A stretch of DNA of 64,000 nt from Eledone cirrhosa. Its lineage: Eukaryota. A program made the translations under genes and the position numbers. Below the pieces are notes generated by a model, which saw nothing but the letters and a program-made list of their open reading frames with translations, was not told the DNA's origin and made no database searches. The stretch covers positions 141,856,001 to 141,920,000 of the forward strand of contig OZ024743.1 in NCBI GenBank assembly GCA_964016885.1, written 5' to 3'. Shown here piece after piece: positions 50,270-62,200 of the stretch (the first letter of the stretch is position 1; each line of letters starts with the position of its first letter).

Positions 50270-53200
50270 GGTGCTGGGTGCATGGAGTTTGGTGCTTGGT
50301 GCTTAGTGCTTGGTGTTTGGTGTTTGGTGCTTGGTATTTGGTGTTTGGTGTTTGATGCTTGGTGTGTGGTGCTTGGTGATTGGTGTTTTGTGTTTGGTGC
50401 TTGGTGCTTGGTGCCTGGTGCTTGGTGCTTGGTAGTTGTTGTTTGGTGCTTGGTGCTTGTTGATTAGTGTTTGGTGCTTGGTCCTTGGGGTTTGCTGTTT
50501 GGTGCGTGGAGCTTGGTATTTGGTGCTTGGTGCTTGGTGTTTGGTGTTTGGTGCTTGGGGTTTGGTGTTTGGTGCTTGGTGCTTGGTGTTTGGTGCTTGG
50601 TGCTTGGTGTTTGGTGCTTGGTGCTTTGTGTTTGGTGCTTGGTGTTTGGTGCTTGGTGCTTGGTGCTTGGTGCTTGGTGTTAGGTGTTTGGTGCTTGGTG
50701 ATTGGTGTTTGATGTTAGGTTCTTGGTGCTTGGTGTTTGGTGTTTGGTGCTTGGTACTTGGTGTTTGGTGTTTGGTGGTTGCTGCTTGGTGCTTTTTTTT
50801 TGTGTTTGGAGTTTGGTGCTTGGTGTTTGGTGCTTCGGTCTTGGTGTTTGGTGTTTGGTGATTGCTGCTTGTTGCTTGGTGTTTGGTGCTTGGTGCTTGG
50901 TGATTAGTGTTTGGTGATTGGTGCTTGGGGTTTGCTGTTTGGTGCTTGGTTTTTGGTGCTTGGTGCTTGCTGTTTGGTGTTTGGTGTTTGGTTCTTGGTG
51001 CTTGGTGCTTGGTGTTTGGTGCTTGGTGCTTGGTGCTTGGTGCTTGGTGTTTGGTGCTTGGTGTTTGATGCTGCGTGCTTGGTGTTTGGTGTTTGGTGCT
51101 TTGTGCTTGGTGTTTGGTGTTTGGAGCTTGATTCCTGCTGCTTGTTGTTTGGTGTTTGGTGCTTGGTGCTTGGTGTTTGGTGTTTGGTGCTTGGTGCTTG
51201 GTGCTTGGTATCTGGTGTTTGGTGCTTGGTGTTTGGTGTTTGGTGCTTGGTGCTTGGTGTTTGGTGCTTGGTGTTTGGTGTTTGGTCTTTGATGCTTGGT
51301 GTTTGCTGCTTGGTGCTTGGTGCTTGGTGTTTTGTTTTTGGTGCTTGGTGCCTGGTGCCTGGTGCTTGGTGCTTGGTGCTTGTTGTTTGATGCTTGGTGC
51401 TTGGTGATTAGTGTTTGGTGCTTGGTGCTTGCGGTTTGATGTTTGGTGCTTGGGGTTTGGTGTTTGGTGCTTGGTGCTTGGTGTTTGGTGCTTGGTGCTT
51501 GGTGCTTGGTGTTTGGTGCTTGGTGCTTGGTGTTAGGTGTTTGGTGCTTGGTGCTTGGTGTTTGATGTTTGGTCCTTGGTGCTTGGTGTTTGGTGTTTGG
51601 TGCTTGGTGCTTGGTGTTTGGTGTTTGGTGCTTGTTGCTTGCTGCTTGGTGTTTGGTGCTTGGTGATTGGTGCTTGGTGTTTTGTGCTTGGTGCTTGGTG
51701 CTTGGTATCTGGTGTTTGGTGCTTGGTGTTTGGTGTTTGGTGCTTGGTGCTTGGTGTTTGGTGCTTGGTGTTTGGTGTTTGGTGTTTGATGCTTGGTGTT
51801 TGCTGCTTGGTGCTTGGTGCTTGGTGTTTTGTGTTTGGTGCTTGGTGCTTGGTGCTTGGTATCTGGTGTTTGGTGCTTGGTGTTTGGTGTTTGGTGCTTG
51901 GTGCTTGGTGTTTGGTGCTTGGTGTTTGGTGTTTGGTGTTTGATGCTTGGTGTTTGCTGCTTGGTGCTTGGTGCTTGGTGTTTTGTGTTTGGTGCTTGGT
52001 GCCTGGTGCCTGGTGCTTGGTGCTTGGTGCTTGTTGTTTGGTGCTTGGTGCTTGGTGATTAGTGTTTGGTGCTTGGTGCTTGCGGTTTGATGTTTGGTGC
52101 TTGGGGTTTGGTGTTTGGTGCTTGGTGCTTGGTGTTTGGTGCTTGGTGCTTGGTGCTTGGTGTTTGGTGCTTGGTGCTTGGTGTTAGGTGTTTGGTGCTT
52201 GGTGCTTGGTGTTTGATGTTTGGTCCTTGGTGCTTGGTGTTTGGTGTTTGGTGCTTGGTGCTTGGTGTTTGGTGTTTGGTGCTTGCTGCTTGCTGCTTGG
52301 TGTTTGGTGCTTGGTGATTGGTGCTTGGTGTTTTGTGCTTGGTGCTTGGTGTTTGGTGTTTGGTGCTAGGGGCTTGGTGCTTGGTGCTTGGTGTTTGGTG
52401 CCTGGTGCTTGCTGTTTGGTTTTTGGTGCTTGGTGCGTGGGACATAGTGTTTGGTGTTTGGTGCTTGGTGTTTGGTGATTGGTGTTTGGTGCTTGGTGTT
52501 TGGGGCTTGGTGTTCGGTGCTTGGTGCTTGGTGCTTGGGGCTTGGTGTTTGGTGTTTGGTGCTTGGTGCTTGGTGTTTGATCTTGGGTCCTTGGTGCTTG
52601 GTCTTTGGTGTTTGGTGCTTGGTGCTTGGTGTTTGGTGCTTGGTGCTTGGTGTTTGGTGTTTGGTGCTTGGTGCTTGGGGCTTGGTGTTTGGTGCTTGGT
52701 GCTTGGTGTTTGGTGCTTGGTGCTTGGGGCTTGGTAGTTGGTGCTTGGTGCTTGGTGCCTGGTGTTTGGTGTTTGGAGTTTGGTGCTTGGTGTTTGGTGC
52801 TTGGTGCTTGGTGCTGGGTGGTTGGTGTTTGGTGCTTGGTGCTTGGTGTTTGGTGCTTGGTGCTTGGTGCTTGTTGTTTGGTGCTTGGTGCTTGGTGCTT
52901 GGTCTTTGGTGCATGGTGTTTGGTGTTTGGCGCTTGGTGCTTGGTGCTTGGTGTTTGGTGCTTGGTGCTTGGTGCTTGGTGTTTGGTGCTTGGTTCTTGG
53001 TGATTAGTGTTTGTTGCTTGGTGCTTGGGGTTTGGTGGTTGGTCCTTGGTGCTTGGTGTTTGGTGTTTGGTGTTTGCTGTTTGCTGTTTGGTGTCTGCTT
53101 TTTGGTGTTTGGTGTTTGTTGTATGGTGTTTGCTGTTTCGTATTTGGTTTTTGCTGTTTGGTGTTTGGTGTTTGCTGTTTTGTGTTTGGTGTTTGGTGCT

Positions 53201-56200
53201 TGGTGCTTGGTGCTTGGTGTTTGGCGTTTGGTGCTTGGAGCTTGGTGTTTGGTGCTTGGTTCTTGGTGTTTGGTGTTTGGTGCTTGGTGCCTGGTGCTTG
53301 TTGTATGGTGTTTGGTGCTTGGTGCTTGGTGTTTGGTGTTTGGTGCTGGGTGCATGGAGTTTGGTGCTTGGTGCTTGGTGCTTGGTGTTTGGTGTTTGGT
53401 GCTTGGTGCTTGGTGTTTGGTGTTTGGTGCTGGGTGCATGGAGTTTGGTGCTTGGTGCTTAGTGCTTGGTGTTTGGTGTTTGGTGCTTGGTATTTGGTGT
53501 TTGGTGTTTGATGCTTGGTGTGTGGTGCTTGGTGATTGGTGTTTTGTGTTTGGTGCTTGGTGCTTGGTGCCTGGTGCTTGGTGCTTGGTGCTTGTTGTTT
53601 GGTGCTTGGTGCTTGGTGATTAGTGTTTGGTGCTTGGTCCTTGGGGTTTGCTGTTTGGTGCGTGGAGCTTGGTATTTGGTGCTTGGTGCTTGGTGTTTGG
53701 TGTTTGGTGCTTGGGGTTTGGTGTTTGGTGCTTGGTGCTTGGTGTTTGGTGCTTGGTGCTTGGTGTTTGGTGCTTGGTGCTTTGTGTTTGGTGCTTGGTG
53801 TTTGGTGCTTGGTGCTTGGTGCTTGGTGCTTGGTGTTAGGTGTTTGGTGCTTGGTGATTGGTGTTTGATGTTAGGTTCTTGGTGCTTGGTGTTTGGTGTT
53901 TGGTGCTTGGTACTTGGTGTTTTGTGTTTGGAGTTTGGTGCTTGGTGTTTGGTGCTTCGGTCTTGGTGTTTGGTGTTTGGTGATTGCTGCTTGTTGCTTG
54001 GTGTTTGGTGCTTGGTGCTTGGTGATTAGTGTTTGGTGATTGGTGCTTGGGGTTTGCTGTTTGGTGCTTGGTGTTTGGTGCTTGGTGCTTGCTGTTTGGT
54101 GTTTGGTGTTTGGTTCTTGGTGCTTGGTGTTTGGTGTTTGGTGTCTGGTGCTTGGTGCTTGGTGCTTGGTGTTTGGTGCTTGGTGCTTGGTGCTTGGTGC
54201 TTGGTGTTTGGTGCTTGGTGTTTGATGCTGCGTGCTTGGTGTTTGGTGTTTGGTGCTTGGTGCTTGGTGTTTGGTGTTTGGAGCTTGGTTCCTGCTGCTT
54301 GTTGTTTGGTGTTTGGTGCTTGGTGCTTGGTGTTTGGTGTTTGGTGCTTGGTGCTTGGTGCTTGGTATCTGGTGTTTGGTGCTTGGTGTTTGGTGTTTGG
54401 TGCTTGGTGCTTGGTGTTTGGTGCTTGGTGTTTGGTGTTTGGTGTTTGATGCTTGGTGTTTGCTGCTTGGTTCTTGGTGCTTGGTGTTTTGTGTTTGGTG
54501 CTTGGTGCCTGGTGCCTGGTGCTTGGTGCTTGGTGCTTGTTGTTTGGTGCTTGGTGCTTGGTGATTAGTGTTTGGTGCTTGGTGCTTGCGGTTTGATGTT
54601 TGGTGCTTGGGGTTTGGTGTTTGGTGCTTGGTGCTTGGTGTTTGGTGCTTGGTGCTTGGTGCTTGGTGTTTGGTGCTTGGTGCTTGGTGTTAGGTGTTTG
54701 GTGCTTGGTGCTTGGTGTTTGATGTTTGGTCCTTGGTGCTTGGTGTTTGGTGTTTGGTGCTTTGTGCTTGGTGTTTGGTGTTTGGTGCTTGCTGCTTGCT
54801 GCTTGGTGTTTGGTGCTTGGTGATTGGTGCTTGGTGTTTTGTGCTTGGTGCTTGGTGCTTGGTATCTGGTGTTTGGTGCTTGGTGTTTGGTGTTTGGTGC
54901 TTGGTGCTTGGTGTTTGGTGCTTGGTGTTTGGTGTTTGGTGTTTGATGCTTGGTGTTTGCTGCTTGGTGCTTGGTGCTTGGTGTTTTGTGTTTGGTGCTT
55001 GGTGCTTGGTGCTTGGTATCTGGTGTTTGGTGCTTGGTGTTTGGTGTTTGGTGCTTGGTGCTTGGTGTTTGGTGCTTGGTGTTTGGTGTTTGGTGTTTGA
55101 TGCTTGGTGTTTGCTGCTTGGTGCTTGGTGCTTGGTGTTTTGTGTTTGGTGCTTGGTGGCTGGTGCCTGGCGCTTGGTGATTGGTGCTTGTTGTTTGGTG
55201 CTTGGTGCTTGGTGATTAGTGTTTGGTGCTTGGTGCTTGCGGTTTGATGTTTGGTGCTTGGGGTTTGGTGTTTGGTGCTTGGTGCTTGGTGTTTGGTGCT
55301 TGGTGCTTGGTGCTTGGTGTTTGGTGCTTGGTGCTTGGTGTTAGGTGTTTGGTGCTTGGTGCTTGGTGTTTGGTGTTTGGTGCTTGCTGCTTGCTGCTTG
55401 GTGTTTGGTGCTTGGTGATTGGTGCTTGGTGTTTTGTGCTTGGTGCTTGGTGTTTGGTGTTTGGTGCTAGGGGCTTGGTGCTTGGTGCTTGGTATTTGGT
55501 GCCTGGTGCTTGCTGTTTGGTTTTTGGTGCTTGGTGCGTGGGACATAGTGTTTGGTGTTTGGTGCTTGGTGTTTGGTGATTGGTGTTTGGTGCTTGGTGT
55601 TTGGGGCTTGGTGTTCGGTGCTTGGTGCTTGGTGCTTGGGGCTTGGTGTTTGGTGTTTGGTGCTTGGTGCTTGGTGTTTGATCTTGGGTCCTTGGTGCTT
55701 GGTCTTTGGTGTTTGGTGCTTGGTGCTTGGTGTTTGGTGCTTGGTGCTTGGTGTTTGGTGTTTGGTGCTTGGTGCTTGGGGCTTGGTGTTTGGTGCTTGG
55801 TGCTTGGTGTTTGGTGCTTGGTGCTTGGGGCTTGGTAGTTGGTGCTTGGTGCTTGGTGCCTGGTGTTTGGTGTTTGGAGTTTGGTGCTTGGTGTTTGGTG
55901 CTTGGTGCTTGGTGCTGGGTGGTTGGTGTTTGGTGCTTGGTGCTTGGTGTTTGGTGCTTGGTGCTTGGTGCTTGTTGTTTGGTGCTTGGTGCTTGGTGCT
56001 TGGTCTTTGGTGCATGGTGTTTGGTGTTTGGCGCTTGGTGCTTGGTGCTTGGTGTTTGGTGCTTGGTGCTTGGTGCTTGGTGTTTGGTGCTTGGTTCTTG
56101 GTGATTAGTGTTTGTTGCTTGGTGCTTGGGGTTTGGTGGTTTGTCCTTGGTGCTTGGTGTTTGGTGTTTGGTGTTTGGTGTTTGGTGTTTGCTGTTTGGT

Positions 56201-59200
56201 GTCTGCTTTTTGGTGTTTGGTGTTTGCTGTATGGTGTTTGCTGTTTCGTATTTGGTTTTTGCTGTTTGGTGTTTGGTGTTTGGTGTTTGGTGCTTGGTGC
56301 CTGGTGCTTGTTGTATGGTGTTTGGTGCTTGGTGCTTGGTGTTTGGTGTTTGCTGCTTGGTGTCTGGTGTTTGGTGCTTGGTGTTTGGTGTTTGGTGCTT
56401 GGTGCTTGGTGCTTGGTGTTTGGTGTTTGGTGCTTGGTGCTTGGTGTTTGGTGTTTGGTGCTGGGTGCATGGAGTTTGGTGCTTTGTGCTTAGTGCTTGG
56501 TGTTTGGTGTTTGGTGCTTGGTATTTGGTGTTTGGTGTTTGATGCTTGGTGTGTGGTGCTTGGTGCTTGGTGTTTTGTGTTTGGTGCTTGGTGCTTGGTG
56601 CCTGGTGCTTGGTGCTTGGTGCTTGTTGTTTGGTGCTTGGTGCTTGGTGATTAGTGTTTGGTGCTTGGTCCTTGGGGTTTGCTGTTTGGTGCGTGGAGCT
56701 TGGTATTTGGTGCTTGGTGCTTGGTGTTTGGTGCTTGGTGCTTGTGGTTTGGTGTTTGGTGCTTGGTGCTTGGTGTTTGGTGCTTGGTGCTTGGTGTTTG
56801 GTGCTTGGTGCTTTGTGTTTGGTGCTTGGTGTTTGGTGCTTGGTGCTTGGTGCTTGGTGCTTGGTGTTAGGTGTTTGGTGCTTGGTGATTGGTGTTTGAT
56901 GTTACGTTCTTGGTGCTTGGTGTTTGGTGTTTGGTGCTTGGTACTTGGTGTTTGGTGTTTGGTGGTTGCTGCTTGGTGCTTGGTGTTTTGTGTTTGGAGT
57001 TTGGTGCTTGGTGTTTGGTGCTTCGGTCTTGGTGTTTGGTGTTTGGTGATTGCTGCTTGGTGCTTGGTGTTTGGTGCTTGGTGCCTGGTGCTTGTTGTTT
57101 GGTGTTTGGTGCTTAGTGCTTGGTGTTTGGTGTTTGGTGCTTGGTGCTTGGTGGCTGGTGCTTGGTGCTTGGTGTTTGGAGTTTGGTGCTTGGTGCTTGG
57201 TGCCTGGTGTTTCGTGCTTGGTGCTTGGTGCTTGGTGTTTGGTGTTTGGTGCTTGGTGTTTGGTGTTTGGTACTTGGTGCTTGGTGCTTGGTGCTTGGTG
57301 TTTGGTGCTTGGTGTTTGATGCTGCGTGCTTGGTGTTTGGTGTTTGGTGCTTGGTGCTTGGTGTTTGGTGTTTGGAGCTTGGTTCCAGCTGCTTGTTGTT
57401 TGGTGTTTGGTGCTTGGTGCTTGGTGTTTGGTGTTTGGTGCTTGGTGTTTGGTGCTTGGTATCTGGTGTTTGGTGCTTGATGTTTGGTGTTTGGTGCTTG
57501 GTGCTTGGTGCTTGGTGTTTGGTGTTTGGTGCTTGGTGCTTGGTGTTTGGTGCTTGGTGTTTGGTGTTTGGTGTTTGATGCTTGGTGTTTGCTGCTTGGT
57601 GCTTGGTGCTTGGTGTTTTGTGTTTGGTGCTTGGTGCCTGGTGCCTGGTGCTTGGTGCTTGGTGCTTGTTGTTTGGTGCTTGGTGCTTGGTGATTAGTGT
57701 TTGGTGCTTGGTGCTTGCGGTTTGATGCTTGGTGCCTGGGGTTTGGTGTTTGGTGCTTGGTGCTTGGTGTTTGGTGCTTGGTGCTTGGGGTTTGGTGTTT
57801 GGTGCTTGGTGCTTGGTGTTTGGTGCTTGGTGCTTGGTGTTTGGTGCTTGGTGTTTGGTGCTTGGTGCTTGGTGCTTGGTGCTTGGTGTTAGATGTTTGG
57901 TGCTTGGTGCTTCGTGTTTGATGTTTGGTCCTTGGTGCTTGGTGTTTGGTGTTTGGTGCTTGGTGCTTGGTGTTTGGTGTTTGGTGCTTGCTGCTTGCTG
58001 CTTGGTGTTTGGTGCTTGGTGATTGGTGCTTGGTGTTTTGTGCTTGGTGCTTGGTGTTTGGTGTTTGGTGCTAGGGGCTTGGTGCTTGGTGCTTGGTGTT
58101 TGGTGCTTGGTGCTTGCTGTTTGGTGTTTGGTGCTTGGTGCTTGGTGTTTGATCTTGGGTCCTTGGTGCTTGGTGTTTGGTGTTTGGTGCTTGGTGCTTG
58201 GTGTTTGGTGCTTGGTGCTTGGTGTTTGGTGTTTGGTGGTTGGTGCTTGGGGCTTGGTGTTTGGTGCTTGGTGCTTGGTGTTTGGTGCTTGGTGCTTGGG
58301 GCTTGGTAGTTGGTGCTTGGTGCTTGGTGCCTGGTGTTTGGTGTTTGGTGTTTGGTGCTTGGTGTTTGGTGCTTGGTGCTTGGTGCTGGGTGGTTGGTGT
58401 TTGGTGCTTGGTGCTTGGTGTTTGGTGCTTGGTGCTTGGTGCTTGTTGTTTGGTGCTTGGTGCTTGGTGCTTGGTCTTTGGTGCATGGTGTTTGGTGTTT
58501 GGCGTTTGGTGCTTGGTGCTTGGTGTTTGGTGCTTGGTGCTTGGGGCTTGGTGTTTGGTGCTTGGTTCTTGGTGATTAGTGTTTGTTGCTTGGTGCTTGG
58601 GATTTGGTGGTTGGTCCTTGGTGCTTGGTGTTTGGTGTTTGGTGTTTGGTGTTTGGTGTTTGCTGTTTGGTGTCTGCTTTTTGGTGTTTGGTGTTTGCTG
58701 TATGGTGTTTGGTGTTTGGTGCTTGGTGCTTGGTGCTTGGTGTTTGGCGTTTGGTGTTTGCTGTTTTGTGTTTGGTGTTTGGTGCTTGGTGCTTGGTGCT
58801 TGGTGTTTGGCGTTTGGTGCTTGGAGCTTGGTGTTTGGTGCTTGGTGATTGGTGTTTGGTGTGTGGTGCTTGGTGCCTGGTGCTTGTTGTATGGTGTTTG
58901 GTGCTTGGTGCTTGGTGTTTGGTGTTTGCTGCTTGGTGTCTGGTGTTTGGTGCTTGGTGTTTGGTGTTTGGTGCTTGGTGCTTGGTGCTTGGTGTTTGGT
59001 GTTTGGTGCTTGGTGTTTGGTGTTTGGTGCTGGGTGCATGGAGTTTGGTGCTGGGTGCATGGAGTTTGGTGCTTGGTGCTTAGTGCTTGGTGTTTGGTGT
59101 TTGGTGCTTGGTATTTGGTGTTTGGTGTTTGATGCTTGGTGTGTGGTGCTTGGTGCTTGGTGTTTTGTGTTTGGTGCTTGGTGCTTGGTGCCTGGTGCTT

Positions 59201-62200
59201 GGTGCTTGGTGCTTGTTGTTTGGTGCTTGGTGCTTGGTGATTAGTGTTTGGTGCTTGGTCCTTGGGGTTTGCTGTTTGGTGCGTGGTGCTTGGTATTTGG
59301 TGCTTGGTGCATGGTGTTTGGTGTTTGGTGCTTGGAGTTTGGTGTTTGGTGCTTGGTGCTTGGTGCTTGGTGTTTGGTGCTTGGTGCTTGGTGTTTGGTG
59401 CTTGGTGCTTTGTGTTTGGTGCTTGGTGTTTGGTGCTTGGTGCTTGGTGCTTGGTGCTTGGTGTTAGGTGTTTGGTGCTTGGTGATTGGTGTTTGATGTT
59501 AGGTTCTTGGTGCTTGGTGTTTGGTGTTTGGTGCTTGGTGCTTGGTGTTTGGTGTTTGGTGCTTGGTGTTTTGTGTTTGGAGTTTGGTGCTTGGTGTTTG
59601 GTGCTTCGGTCTTGCTGTTTGGTGTTTGGTGCTTGGTGCTTGGTGTTTGGTGTTTGGTGCCTGGTGCTTGGTGTTTGGTGGTTGATGTTTGGTGTTTGGT
59701 GATTGGTGCTTGGTGTTTGGTGCTTGGTGCTTGGTGCTTGGTGCTTGGTGTTAGGCGTTTGGTGCTTGGTGCTTGGTGATTGATGTTTGGTCCTTGGTGC
59801 TTGGTGTTTGGTATTTGGTGCTTGGTGCTTGGTGCTTGGTGTTTGGTGTTTGGTGCTTGCTGCTGCTGCTTGGTGTTTGGAGCTAGGGGCTTGGTGCTTG
59901 GTGCTTGGTGTTTGGTGCTTGGTGCTTGGTGTTTGGTGTTTGGTGCTTGGTGCGTGGGACTTGGTGTTTGTTGCTTGGTGTTTGGTGTTTGGTGTTTGGT
60001 GCTTGGTGCCTGGTGCTTGGTGTTTGGTGTTTGGTGCTTGGTGTTTGGTGCTTGGGGTTTCGTGCTTGGTGTTCGGTGCTTGGTGCTTGGTGCTTGGTGC
60101 TTGGTGTTTGGTGTTTGGTGCTTGGTGCTTGGTGTTTGATGTTTGGTCCTTGGTGCTTGGTGTTTGGTGTTGTGTGCTTGGTGCTTGGTGCTTGGTGTTT
60201 GGTGCTTGGTGCTTGGTGCTTGGTGTTTGGCGTTTGCTGTTTGCTGTTTGGTGTTTGCTGTTTGCTGTTTGGTGTTTGCTGTTTGGTGTTTGGTGTTTGG
60301 TGCTTGCTGTTTGGTGCTTGGTGCTTGGTGTTTGGTGTTTGGTGCTTGGTGTTTGGTGATTGGTGCTTGGTGCTGGGTGTTTGGTGCTTGGTGCTTGGTG
60401 TTTGGTGCTTGGTGCTTGGTGCTTGGTGTTTGGTCCTTGGTGCTTGGAGCTTGGTCTTTGGTGCTTGGGTTTTGGTGTTTGGTGCTTGGTGCTTGGTGTT
60501 TGGTGCTTGGTGCTTGGTGCTTGGTGCTTGGTGTTTGGTGCTTGCTGCTTGGTGCTTGGTGTTTGGTGCTTGGTGCTTGGTGATTAGTGTTTGGTGATTC
60601 GTGCTTGGGGTTTGGTTTTTGGGGCTTGGTGTTTGGTGCTTGGTGCTTGCTGTTTGGTGTTTGGTGTTTGGTTCTTGGTGCTTGGTGTTTGGTGTTTGGT
60701 GTTTGGTGCTTGGTGCTTGGTGCTTGGTGTTTGGTGCTTGGTGCTTGGTGCTTGGTGTTTGGTGCTGCGTGCTTGGTGTTTGGTGTTTGGTGCTTGGTGC
60801 CTGGTGCTTGTTGTTTGGTGTTTGGTGCTTAGTGCTTGGTGTTTGGTGTTTGGTCCTTGGTGCTTGGTGGCTGGTGTTTGGTGCTTGGTGTTTGGAGTTT
60901 GGTGCTTGGTGCTTGGTGCCTGGTGTTTCGTGCTTGGTGCTTGGTGCTTGGTGTTTGGTGTTTGGTGCTTGGTGTTTGGTGTTTGGTGCTTGGTACTTGG
61001 TACTTGGTGCTTGGTGCTTGGTGCTTGGTGTTTGGTGCTTGGTGTTTGATGCTGCGTGCTTGGTGTTTGGTGTTTGGTGCTTGGTGCTTGGTGTTTGGTG
61101 TTTGGAGCTTGGTGCCTGGTGCTTGTTGTTTGGTGTTTGGCGCTTGGTGCTTGGTGTTTGGTGCTTGGTGCTTGATGTTTGGTGTTTGGTGCTTGGTGCT
61201 TGGTGCTTGGTATCTGGTGTTTGGTGCTTGATGTTTGGTGTTTGGTGCTTGGTGTTTGGTGTTTGGTGCTTGGTGCTTGGTGTTTGGTGCTTGGTGTTTG
61301 GTGTTTGGTGTTTGATGCTTGGTGTTTGCTGCTTGGTGCTTGGTGCTTTGTGTTTTGTGTTTGGTGCTTGGTGCTTGGTGCCTGGTGCTTGGTGCTTGGT
61401 GCTTGTTGTCAGGTGCTTGGTGCTTGGTGATTAGTGTTTGGTGCTTGGTGCTTGCGGTATGGTGTTAGGTGCTTGGGGTTTGGTGTTTGGTGCTTGGTGC
61501 TTGGTGTTTGGTGCTTGGTGCTTGGTGCTTGGTGTTTGGTGCTTGGTGCTTGGTGTTTGGTGTTTGGTGCTTGGTGTTTGGTGTTTGGCGTTTGCTGTTT
61601 GCTGTTTGCTGTTTGGTGTTTGCTGATTGGTGTTTGCTGTTTGGTGTTTGGTGTTTGGTGCTTGCTGTTTGGTGCTTGGTGCTTGGTGTTTGGTGTTTGG
61701 TGCTTGGTGCTTGGTGCTGGGTGTTTGGTGCTTGGTGCTTGGTGTTTGGTGCTTGGTGCTTGGTGCTTGGTGTTTGGTCCTTGGTGCTTGGTGATTAGTG
61801 TTTGGTGCTTGGTGCTTGCGGTTTGATGCTTGGTGCCTGGGGTTTGGTGTTTGGTGCTTGGTGCTTGGTGTTTGGTGCTTGGTGCTTGGGGTTTGGTGTT
61901 TGGTGCTTGGTGCTTGGTGTTTGGTGCTTGGTGTTTGGTGCTTGGTGTTTGGTGCTTGGTGCTTGGTGCTTGGTGCTTGGTGTTAGGTGTTTGGTGCTTG
62001 GTGCTTCGTGTTTGATGTTTGGTCCTTGGTGCTTGGTGTTTGGTGTTTGGTGCTTGGTGCTTGGTGTTTGGTGTTTGGTGCTTGCTGCTTGCTGCTTGGT
62101 GTTTGGTGCTTGGTGATTGGTGCTTGGTGTTTTGTGCTTGGTGCTTGGTGTTTGGTGTTTGGTGCTAGGGGCTTGGTGCTTGGTGCTTGGTGTTTGGTGC

